Positions 46,060-53,703 of a stretch of DNA of 53,703 bases are shown here, in pieces (positions within the stretch are counted from its first letter, which is position 1; every line of letters starts with the position of its first letter). This DNA comes from a virus (lineage: Duplodnaviria; Caudoviricetes): IMG/VR virus record IMGVR_UViG_3300018939_000022, positions 1 to 53,703 of that record. One strand, given 5' to 3'. A program made the translations under genes and the position numbers. The notes beneath the pieces were generated by a model. The model saw only the letters and a list, made by a program, of their open reading frames with translations. It ran no database searches and was not told the DNA's origin.

Positions 46060-46183
46060 TATCCTTCGCGCCCCTTTTTGTCTAGGCTTATGTTTCCGCT
46101 GCCATTCCACCTCTGTACCAGCCACAGCAGCAACCTCTGAAAACTGAAGTGAAGCCTCTCCGCGAATTATTCTACATTCTCCG

Positions 46184-46213
46184 CTTGACTTAGTACAAGA
46201 TGTACTATATATT
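46184..46213 (+). promoter_or_regulatory. Rightward early promoter with operator TAGTACA-N3-TGTACTA
   Basis: TTGACT-17 nt-TATATT with the operator palindrome in the spacer. Confidence 0.85.
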
Positions 46214-46277
46214 GTTCACATCCTGCACAGGCAGGCACGAACCGCTAAACACCCTCAGACGAGAAAGGCCGGACCCG

Positions 46278-46802
46278 ATGGACAGCGCAGGGCAGACGAA
46301 GGAAAGGCAAGCCGCCGGGACTGAGAAGGCCGCACGGTGCGAATCGCGCGGCACACCTTTCGGCTACTACTGCGACACGCACGACCGCTACCTCGCCGAC
46401 TGCTGGGCGGAGCGCGGGGCCGCCGCCGCCGGGGAGTCGGAAGTCAGGCTTTCGGTGCAACTGCTGGCGGGGGCGCGCTCCGTCACGACCGCCGAAGGCC
46501 ACCTGCTCCAGCGGTTCGGGGCGATCTGGCACGGCTACGTGAAACTCGACGACAGCGACCACACGACGGGCGGCGATGTCATCATGGACGCCGACCGCCG
46601 GTTGGTTAAGTTCCCCTCCGCATCCGCCGCGTACGTCGCCTGCTTGAAGGAGCGCATGAACTCTGAGCGCAAACGCGCGCTGATCCCGTGCGACCCGCGG
46701 TACACCGAGCGCGGCCGATACTGCGACGCCCACAACCGCTACCTGAGCAAATGCTTCGAGGCCCGCGCCGCCATCCGCAAAGCAACGGAGGTTCAGCCGT
46801 GA
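46278..46802 (+). CDS. Hypothetical protein with duplicated Cys/His motif
   Basis: YCDTHDRYLADC and YCDAHNRYLSKC. Confidence 0.65.
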   Translation: MDSAGQTKERQAAGTEKAARCESRGTPFGYYCDTHDRYLADCWAERGAAAAGESEVRLSVQLLAGARSVTTAEGHLLQRFGAIWHGYVKLDDSDHTTGGDVIMDADRRLVKFPSASAAYVACLKERMNSERKRALIPCDPRYTERGRYCDAHNRYLSKCFEARAAIRKATEVQP

Positions 46803-47074
46803 CTACACAACAGCCCGCCGCCGCAACCGACCAACTGAGGAGAAGCGCCGAAGTCCGGCACGCCGACGATCTGAGGCCGGGCGACCGCGTTCAGGTCTCC
46901 GAACTGCGCGGTCTTGAATGGCATACGGTAATCGAGGCTAACAACTTCTGGGTTCGCACCGAGGAAGTGCCGACGGGCTTCCGCCGCGCCTTCGTGGTGG
47001 ATGTGCAGAGGCAGGGCGAGTGCGAGAGCTGCCGGGCGCAGGACGGCACGCCGCACAACAAGAATTGCGGTTGA
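46799..47074 (+). CDS. Hypothetical protein
   Basis: GTGA overlap, ADDLRPGDRV. Confidence 0.55.
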   Translation: MTTQQPAAATDQLRRSAEVRHADDLRPGDRVQVSELRGLEWHTVIEANNFWVRTEEVPTGFRRAFVVDVQRQGECESCRAQDGTPHNKNCG

Positions 47075-47143
47075 GTCCCCCCGCCCCCCGCGTCCGTGAC
47101 ACGGCCCGCGTCGGTTTGAACGCTTAAGAGGAAGAAGAGAGAA

Positions 47144-47644
47144 ATGGGACTCGGCATAACGGCTCACGAAAAACTCGCCTTCATTTCCCCGAAGGACGAA
47201 GCGGACGCGGCGCGGCTTGAGCAAGAATACGAGGACGGCGAGAACGGCGTGATCAAGATTTGGATCAGCCGCGACTTTCCCCGCGCGGCCGACAAGCTAG
47301 CCGACGGGGCGTTCTACCGCTCCGAAGGTAAAGACTTCCGTTTCCGTGCCGGCGCATACAGTTCCTACAACCGTTGGCGCGAGAGCCTTGCGCGCATGAT
47401 CGGCGAGACGGCACGCCGCTTCTGGAACGATCCCCGCCCCGGCCCGTTCGTGGAACTCATCAACTTCTCTGACTGCGAAGGCGTGATCGGCCCGGAGACG
47501 AGCGCAAAGCTGGCGCGTGACTTTCAGGAGTACGCCGAACGCGCCGAACGGTTCCGCGGCGAGGCCGACTGGCTGACGACCTACCAAAACTTTCGCAAGG
47601 CGTTCGAGCTGGCCGCGGGCGGCGGGTGCGTCCGCTTTCACTGA
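47144..47644 (+). CDS. Hypothetical phage protein
   Basis: MGLGI start, ELINFSDCEG motif. Confidence 0.75.
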   Translation: MGLGITAHEKLAFISPKDEADAARLEQEYEDGENGVIKIWISRDFPRAADKLADGAFYRSEGKDFRFRAGAYSSYNRWRESLARMIGETARRFWNDPRPGPFVELINFSDCEGVIGPETSAKLARDFQEYAERAERFRGEADWLTTYQNFRKAFELAAGGGCVRFH

Positions 47645-47664
47645 CGCCCGCCCTTAGTTGACCG

Positions 47665-47997
47665 ATGCCCTACTCCTCTTTCACCAAACCGAGGAAGCAC
47701 CGCATGAGCCGCGGCGCGGGGCCGAACAAGGTGGGCAAGCGGACGAGGCTGTGGCAGAGGGTTCGCAGGGGTCTTAAAGCCGCGTTCGCCGCGATGGGCA
47801 TCACCCGCTGTGAAGTGTGCGGCACGGACGAGAATCTAGGCTTCGCCCATGCGAAGAAAAGGCGTCACTTGGAGAGCGAGGCCGACTGGCGCGAGGTCGC
47901 GTTGCTGTGCAACCGGGATCACGACGCGCTGGAGCTGTTAGGCGAAGAGAAGATGATGTCGGCGATAAGGGCAATCATTCAGCGGAGGCAGATATGA
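47665..47997 (+). CDS. HNH-like zinc-binding protein
   Basis: CEVCG...FAH...LCNRDH. Confidence 0.6.
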   Translation: MPYSSFTKPRKHRMSRGAGPNKVGKRTRLWQRVRRGLKAAFAAMGITRCEVCGTDENLGFAHAKKRRHLESEADWREVALLCNRDHDALELLGEEKMMSAIRAIIQRRQI

Positions 47998-48257
47998 GCG
48001 AAGAAACCAATCATGCGCCGGTTTCGGTCTGCATCGTCGCGGCCGAGTTGATGGACTTGCCGGACAACATCGAGGACGGCATCCGCGAAGACGGCACCAT
48101 TGGTGACACGGTGTTTGAGACTCACTACTGCGAGATCGATCACCTCATCATGGGCGACGGTTACTTGCGCGTGATAGCCGACAACGACTTCACAGACGTG
48201 GAGACGCGCATCCCCTTCGAGATGCTAGAGGCGGCCGGCTGGCAGCGCGTCGGTTGA
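47994..48257 (+). CDS. Hypothetical acidic protein
   Basis: GGAGG RBS, ATGA overlap. Confidence 0.6.
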   Translation: MSEETNHAPVSVCIVAAELMDLPDNIEDGIREDGTIGDTVFETHYCEIDHLIMGDGYLRVIADNDFTDVETRIPFEMLEAAGWQRVG

Positions 48258-48288
48258 GGCACTACCGAAAGATTTTAGCGAGGGCGGA

Positions 48289-48810
48289 ATGAACTGGCGA
48301 CGCATACACAGGGCGCATAGGGCCGGGCGCGAGCTCGCGGATCGCCACTACTCGCGGCAGAAGCCGGGGACGCCGCAGTTCGTCAAGCCGGGCAGTTGCC
48401 TCGTGCTGCACGCGCCCGGCCCGGCCTTGTGGGTTACGTCAGCCCCTTACGCGCGGTTCGTGCGGCACGAGTGGGCGGGCGCGTGGGAGTGTTCGACGTT
48501 TCGGAACGAAGGCCGGTTGCCGTCGTCCGACTTGATCGTGGAGGCCGTCGCGGCGACGCGCGCCCACTACGGCGAGCCGCCCGCGCTCGGCATGATCACC
48601 TTCGTTGACCCGCAGCGGGTGGCCGGCTTCTTCGTCCGCACCCCGCGGGGCCGGGAACTGCGCTGGGGCTACTCATTCTGGAAGGCCGGCTTTGTGTTTT
48701 GCGGCTGGACGAGGGGCTTGAAGTACGCGCTCAGGCTCGCCCCGGAGGCGATGCCGCTACCCCGTCAGGCCGTCGGTTCGCAACTGAGGTTGCTAGAGGC
48801 GGTCACCTAA
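48289..48810 (+). CDS. Hypothetical protein, possibly a Mom-like GNAT DNA-modifying enzyme
   Basis: DRHYS...FRNE...SDLI...ITFVD...GYSFWKAGFVFCG pattern; ORF solid, function tentative. Confidence 0.5.
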   Translation: MNWRRIHRAHRAGRELADRHYSRQKPGTPQFVKPGSCLVLHAPGPALWVTSAPYARFVRHEWAGAWECSTFRNEGRLPSSDLIVEAVAATRAHYGEPPALGMITFVDPQRVAGFFVRTPRGRELRWGYSFWKAGFVFCGWTRGLKYALRLAPEAMPLPRQAVGSQLRLLEAVT

Positions 48811-48893
48811 CACACCCACGCCCCGCCCGACCCTAGAAAGACCTGAAAGCATGTCGAACGAACAGACCAAACGAGCCATAGCCAAAGCCCCGC

Positions 48894-49133
48894 GTGACGA
48901 AAGACCCCGCCGGGGGTTACTGGGTTGCGTCTAACCGGATCGGCGTGAAGCCGCACCACGTCACCGCGGACTTCCTCAACTGCGACTGCGAAGGCCACGC
49001 GCGCACGGGCATGTGTTACCACATAGCGGCGGCACGGATGGCGTGGGAGGCGTCGGCGGGGTTCGAGGCTTACTACGCGGTGAGGGCGAAGGAGCGTCCG
49101 AGGTCAGCTTCGAGGAGGCGACGGCGGGGTTAA
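48894..49133 (+). CDS. SWIM zinc-finger protein
   Basis: CDCEG...CYH. Confidence 0.6.
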   Translation: MTKDPAGGYWVASNRIGVKPHHVTADFLNCDCEGHARTGMCYHIAAARMAWEASAGFEAYYAVRAKERPRSASRRRRRG

Positions 49134-49164
49134 TGCGCCTTGGCGCGCGGAGGGTGAAGGGCTT

Positions 49165-49518
49165 ATGGAGCAACACGAAATCGACGAAATCATCTACGAC
49201 GAACTCGGCATGGCGGGCGCAATGGTCTCCGGCTCGAAGAGGGCGAGGCCCGGCCAAGAGGTCGTCTGGAACGCCAACCTGATCCTCGACGGGCCAGGCA
49301 AGTGCTGGTTCGGTGACGTTGACCTGATTCAATCCGCCGACGCCCTCCAAAGGATCGCCGAACGCACGGGCCGCAAGGTTTACGTTCTGCGCGAACACGA
49401 CGCGCGCTTCGAGACCGAAAAGAACCCCCGCCTTGAGAGGGCCGTCCGCACCTTTGAGCCTTCCAGCGCCGCGGGACGGGGGAACACGTCGGACGCCCCA
49501 CCGGCCCCCTCCGCATAA
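49165..49518 (+). CDS. Hypothetical phage protein
   Basis: 117 aa, WFGDVDL motif. Confidence 0.65.
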   Translation: MEQHEIDEIIYDELGMAGAMVSGSKRARPGQEVVWNANLILDGPGKCWFGDVDLIQSADALQRIAERTGRKVYVLREHDARFETEKNPRLERAVRTFEPSSAAGRGNTSDAPPAPSA

Positions 49519-49562
49519 CCCTCTGACGACTCAGCCGCACCGCCCGAAGGGAGAGAACCGCC

Positions 49563-49910
49563 GTGCCGATGGACAGATCACGCTACCCCGACAGGTGGGA
49601 AGAGTTCAGCCGCTACATCCGTTTCGACCGGGCGGGCGGATTCTGCGAGTGGTGCGGCGCGGAGAACGGCAAGCCCCACCCGGTCACGGGTTCGCGCGTC
49701 GTGCTCACGGTCGCCCACCTCGACTACGCCGGGGGCGTCTGTGATTGCGAGGCGCGGACGGGCCGCAAGTGCGCCGAGAAGGGCCACGTTCGTGCCCTCT
49801 GTCAGCTTGAGCATCTTCGGATCGACGTGCCCCGGCACAGGTTCAACGCGCGCCGCACGCGGGCGGCCAGAGCGGGCCAGATATGGCTCGGAGACTTGGA
49901 GGCAAGATGA
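49563..49910 (+). CDS. HNH-like endonuclease
   Basis: CEWCG...VLTVAHLD...ALCQLEH. Confidence 0.75.
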   Translation: MPMDRSRYPDRWEEFSRYIRFDRAGGFCEWCGAENGKPHPVTGSRVVLTVAHLDYAGGVCDCEARTGRKCAEKGHVRALCQLEHLRIDVPRHRFNARRTRAARAGQIWLGDLEAR

Positions 49911-50275
49911 GCAAAATAAACAAGACGCTTTTGCGTAGAGTCCGCAACCACATCCTCGCCGAACCGCGCCGGTACAACCAGAGGAAGGCCGCCGAGAGAG
50001 TTTCAAAGCGCACATCGTCGTGCTGCACGCGGGCCTGCATCGGCGGGTGGGCCGACATGCTCGAAGGCGACGACGTGCGGAAGCCCGGCGACGTTGACCT
50101 GGACAGGGCGGCAGAGAAGTTGGGCTTCAACGACCGCCAAGCAGTGACCGTCTTTTACGGGGACTGGCCGAAAGAATTCGAGGCGGCGTGGAAGGACAGC
50201 ACGCCCCGCGACGTGGCCGCGCGCCTAGCCGCCGACTACATCAACCGCATCATCAGGACGGGAGAGGTCACATAG
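49907..50275 (+). CDS. Hypothetical protein
   Basis: GGAGG RBS, ATGA overlap. Confidence 0.65.
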   Translation: MSKINKTLLRRVRNHILAEPRRYNQRKAAERVSKRTSSCCTRACIGGWADMLEGDDVRKPGDVDLDRAAEKLGFNDRQAVTVFYGDWPKEFEAAWKDSTPRDVAARLAADYINRIIRTGEVT

Positions 50276-50311
50276 CACCCCCGCGCCTGACACACGGAAA
50301 GGGGTGAGCTG

Positions 50312-50671
50312 ATGGGCGAAGAGAGAGAAGCGGCGGGTGTGATGAGTGCGGAAGAGTTAGCTGCAATGGAAGGAGACTACCTAGTCGAACTCGCCTTCCA
50401 GTTGTACGCGCGGGCGTGCGATCCCCGGTGCTCAGAGGAGTTGCATAACCGGGCGATGCAAATGAAGGGCGAAGTCGCTCGCCGTGTCACCGCCCTGCAC
50501 CATGAGCGCGAGGCGAGGGAGAGGGCCGTTGAAGAGGAGCGGGAGGCGTGCGCTCTCATCGCGGAAGGCGCGTTCAACGACCCGGCTTGGCATCAATACT
50601 ACAGGCAGGCCGCGCATGCGATTTCTAGCGCCATCCGCGACCGCGCCGCCACACAGGAGACTAAGCCGTGA
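50312..50671 (+). CDS. Hypothetical protein
   Basis: EREACA...AIRDR motif common in phage hypothetical proteins. Confidence 0.65.
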   Translation: MGEEREAAGVMSAEELAAMEGDYLVELAFQLYARACDPRCSEELHNRAMQMKGEVARRVTALHHEREARERAVEEEREACALIAEGAFNDPAWHQYYRQAAHAISSAIRDRAATQETKP

Positions 50672-50710
50672 CTGACGGCGCGCGGGGTGCGGGAGCAGGA
50701 GGGGCAGACG

Positions 50711-50914
50711 ATGCTTAAAGATATGCTCGACCGACGAAAATTGTTGACGAAGTACCGCGACCAGATGGTGAAGGAGCCGAACTCTAGCTGGCTTGCGCCC
50801 GTCATCTGCAAACTCAATGAGGAGATTGATGGTCAGACGGCGGCGATTGAAAAGGCCATTAAAGACGGAAGGGCGTCGGTAAAAGACTTGTTCCTACTCC
50901 TTGATCACACGTAA
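50711..50914 (+). CDS. Hypothetical protein
   Basis: AGGAGG RBS. Confidence 0.55.
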   Translation: MLKDMLDRRKLLTKYRDQMVKEPNSSWLAPVICKLNEEIDGQTAAIEKAIKDGRASVKDLFLLLDHT

Positions 50915-50962
50915 CGACGCCCGGTAGTGGCCGCCCGGCGGGGTGGGGAGAGGCACGGGGTA

Positions 50963-51154
50963 ATGACTATGGCAATCAGGACGTTGCGGCAGGCGATCAA
51001 AGAAGGGCTTGAGTGGCAAGAACTCAACGGCGACCCGGACGCCACGGACTCTGACGCGCTTGACGGTCTGATGGACGAATGCGGCCAAGACGCGAGCGGG
51101 TCGTGTTCGATGGCCGGCTCGGAGTATTGCGACTGGGAGTGTCCATTTTCATAA
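50963..51154 (+). CDS. Hypothetical Cys-rich protein
   Basis: ECGQ...CSMAGSEYCDWECP. Confidence 0.6.
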   Translation: MTMAIRTLRQAIKEGLEWQELNGDPDATDSDALDGLMDECGQDASGSCSMAGSEYCDWECPFS

Positions 51155-51267
51155 AGGCTTCGCCCGCCGCAGTCGGACTCACGGAACTCTGCGCGAGGGG
51201 GCGGGGACTTAATTAAGGTGTAAGGCTATGGGGCAGTCGGAAGTTGAACTACTGAAGCGGGGCGGGG

Positions 51268-51483
51268 GTGAGTCATATGGGTGCGGGTGAGTTGGCGGGG
51301 GTCATAGACGCCGCCCTTGAAATTTCCGAGCGGGAGGAGGAAGATGCCCGGCACATCCTCAAGCTCCTGCGTTCGGGCCGAGACTCGGAAGCCTTGGAGC
51401 GTACCAAGGAATTTCTCAAAGAATACTACGGGGGCGGTGATGACGCAGAATCGCGTGATAGAACTCATCCGGGTGTCCACTGA
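51268..51483 (+). CDS. Small protein overlapping the integrase start (possible recombination directionality factor)
   Basis: Position only. Confidence 0.4.
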   Translation: MSHMGAGELAGVIDAALEISEREEEDARHILKLLRSGRDSEALERTKEFLKEYYGGGDDAESRDRTHPGVH

Positions 51484-52969
51484 GGAGCAGGCCGCGGACT
51501 CCCGCGCGTCTATACCCTCGCAGCGGGCCGTCAACCGCGAGACCGAGCGCCGGTACGGCCTGACCATAGTGCGCTCGGTTAAGTTCTGGGACGTGTCCGG
51601 CACGTCCGTTCTGCTCTCGCCGGAAGTCCAGGAGGTCTTGCGCCTCATGGAAAGCCCGGACATCCACGGCGTCGTCGCCCGCGAATTCTCCCGCGTGATG
51701 AGGCCCGAAAACTACGCCGATTTTGCGCTGTTGCAAGCCTTCGTTGACACCCGCACGCTGCTTTATTTGCCGGACGGCCCGATAGATTTCGCCAGCAGAT
51801 CGGGCCGGATGCTGGGGACGATGCAGGCCGTATGGGCGGGCATCCAGCGGATCGACTTCTTGGAGTTAACTTGGAATGCCAAGGAGCAAATGCGCGGCCG
51901 GGGGCAGAACGCCAACGGCCGCGCGTGTCTGCCCCTCGGGGTCAGCTACGATCCCGCGTCGGGCTTCCGCTACACGCCCGACGCGGAGAAGGTACGGGAC
52001 GCCGTCCGCCTGATGCTGGCCGGCAACCTCAGCTACCGTGACGTTGGCCGGCGGGTCGGCGTCAACGAGAACACCCTGAAGGGGGCGGTCAGGAACCCGA
52101 TTTACAAGGGCTGGCGGGTGATAGACAAGAAGCGCGATCCTTCCCCGCAGGCGAAGCGCGTCCGGCCGGACGGCAGGCAGGGCGACCGGCCTAAAATCCC
52201 GCGCCCGGCGCACGAGGTGATCCGCGTCAGGGTCATCGACGAGCCTTTAATTTCGGAGGCCGAGTTCGACCGCCTGCAAGTGATGCTCGACGCCAAGAGG
52301 CGGGCGCATTGGAAAACCGACCCCGGATACCTGCTGACCTACAACGGCCTGCTGTTTTGCACCTGCGGCCAAATCTACTACGCCAAAAGAGTCCGGTGCG
52401 GCTACTACCGCTGCCGGGGGCGGGCGGAACTGAAGACCCAATGCCGCGCCCCCTACATGCGGCGCGACCTCTTGGACTCGGCGCTTGACCGCCTCTTCGC
52501 GGAGCGGCTGACCGACCGGGGCTTTTTAACGGAGGCGGCGAAGGAGCTGGCCCGCCGCTCCGCGCAGCCGGACGCGGGCCGGGCGGAGAGGCTGCTCAGG
52601 CAGTTGGACTCGCTCTCGGCGCGCCGCGAGAGAATCCTGGACGCCTACTTCAACGAGGGACTCATCACGCCCGCGGAGAGGGACGAGAGGCTGCGGGTGG
52701 TGGACGCGGAGTTGACTACCACGCGCTCGTCTCTGGAGGGCGGGCGACCCGCGCCGGAGGTGTCGGCCAGAACGCTCGCCAGCCTGTTCCGACCCTTCCG
52801 CCGGTTCGCACAACTCCCGCGGCCCGCGAAGCGGAAGTTGCTCCTGGCGCTCGCGCCGGAAGTCCGAGTGCGCGACTATCGGGTGGAGAGTCTGGGGCTG
52901 AGGTGGGGCGGGAGCAGCGTCCACCGCACAGCGGCCACTACGGCAACTGGGCGCCCAACCCCGCGATGA
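51440..52969 (+). CDS. Large serine recombinase (integrase)
   Basis: IRVSTEEQ catalytic Ser, DVSG, SRVMR, recombinase domain NPIYKG, zinc ribbon CTCG...YYRC, coiled coil. Confidence 0.95.
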   Translation: MTQNRVIELIRVSTEEQAADSRASIPSQRAVNRETERRYGLTIVRSVKFWDVSGTSVLLSPEVQEVLRLMESPDIHGVVAREFSRVMRPENYADFALLQAFVDTRTLLYLPDGPIDFASRSGRMLGTMQAVWAGIQRIDFLELTWNAKEQMRGRGQNANGRACLPLGVSYDPASGFRYTPDAEKVRDAVRLMLAGNLSYRDVGRRVGVNENTLKGAVRNPIYKGWRVIDKKRDPSPQAKRVRPDGRQGDRPKIPRPAHEVIRVRVIDEPLISEAEFDRLQVMLDAKRRAHWKTDPGYLLTYNGLLFCTCGQIYYAKRVRCGYYRCRGRAELKTQCRAPYMRRDLLDSALDRLFAERLTDRGFLTEAAKELARRSAQPDAGRAERLLRQLDSLSARRERILDAYFNEGLITPAERDERLRVVDAELTTTRSSLEGGRPAPEVSARTLASLFRPFRRFAQLPRPAKRKLLLALAPEVRVRDYRVESLGLRWGGSSVHRTAATTATGRPTPR

Positions 52970-53703
52970 CGCTCGCGCGCCTCATCAGTTCGATGAAGGA
53001 CGACCGGGGCCGCGTGACCATCGCCGGATGGTACGACGACGTTGAGCCGCTGGGCGAAGCCGAGCGTCGCGCCATCACGGAAGCCCCGGCCTACGACGAA
53101 GAACTCAAAAAACAGCTCGGCATCGCCCGACCCGAAGGCGCTGGCAAGTCGCTCCTCGAACTCATCAACGAACCCTCGCTCAACGTCAACGGCATCTCGG
53201 CGGCCGAGACGGGCGCGCTCTCGCGCAACGTCATCCCCACGCACGCCACGGCCGCGCTCGACCTGCGTCTCGTGCGCGGCAACGACCACCGCCGCCAGGT
53301 CGAGAAGCTCATCGAGCACGTCCGCCGCCAGGGCTTCCACGTCATAGACCGCGACCCGACCGACGAGGAGCGCCTGAAACACCCGCTCATCGCCCGTGTC
53401 ACGCAGCGCGGCGGCGGCTACAACGCCGAGCGCACGCCGATGGACTTGCCCGTCTCGCGCGCCGTCGTCGAAGCCCTTCAGACGACGGTTTCACAGCCGG
53501 TCGTACTGATGCCCACGCTCGGCGGCAGCCTCCCGCTCTCGATCTTCCGCGAGCACATCGGGGCCGTCACCATCACCGTCCCCATCGCCAACCACGACAA
53601 CAACCAGCACGCCGAGAACGAGAACATTCGTCTGCAAAACCTCTGGGACGGTATCGAGACGATGGCCGCGCTGATGACACTTAAGCTGCCCGCCGCGCGC
53701 TGA
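52925..53703 (+). pseudogene. 3' half of a host M20/M25/M40 peptidase interrupted by the prophage
   Basis: Begins mid-protein at HSGHYGNWAP; DLRLV, GGSLP, NQHAENEN present; N-terminal metal ligands absent. Confidence 0.85.

Larger units (their letters stand above)
1..52925. mobile_element. Temperate siphovirus-like prophage (left end not in window)
   Basis: Terminase, portal, capsid, tail tube, tape measure, lysin, helicase/primase, repressor and serine integrase in canonical modular order; host peptidase sequence resumes near 52925. Confidence 0.95.

Noticed and set aside
52903-52926. GTG start that could re-express the peptidase C-terminal half
   Set aside because: Weak RBS, and the product would lack the N-terminal catalytic residues

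Overview
The window is almost entirely a GC-rich, siphovirus-type temperate prophage. Its right end is a large serine integrase (51440-52969) that runs into the 3' half of a host M20-family peptidase gene, so the phage appears to have split that gene; the left attachment site is outside the window. The minus strand carries tail, head, packaging, lysis, replication and DNA-methylase modules. An ImmR/ImmA-type immunity cassette is flanked by two near-identical outward promoters with operators, and the plus strand carries small early genes. The most unusual elements are: (1) an HTH-less TPR protein flanked by two small peptide genes sharing a G-x-[ILM]-x-x-G core, next to the lysis-lysogeny switch, a candidate arbitrium/RRNPP-like peptide communication system; (2) a tRNA gene with a serine-type body and a leucine GAG anticodon; (3) an identical 10-aa peptide shared by the capsid scaffold and the winged-helix protein beside that tRNA, encoded with 8 of 10 codons synonymously changed; (4) a highly structured 340-nt non-coding region with a 26-bp perfect palindrome upstream of the replication genes. 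An Acidobacteriota (Blastocatellia-like) host is my impression from recalled protein similarity and is not verified. All product calls come from visual motif recognition and gene order; no searches were run.
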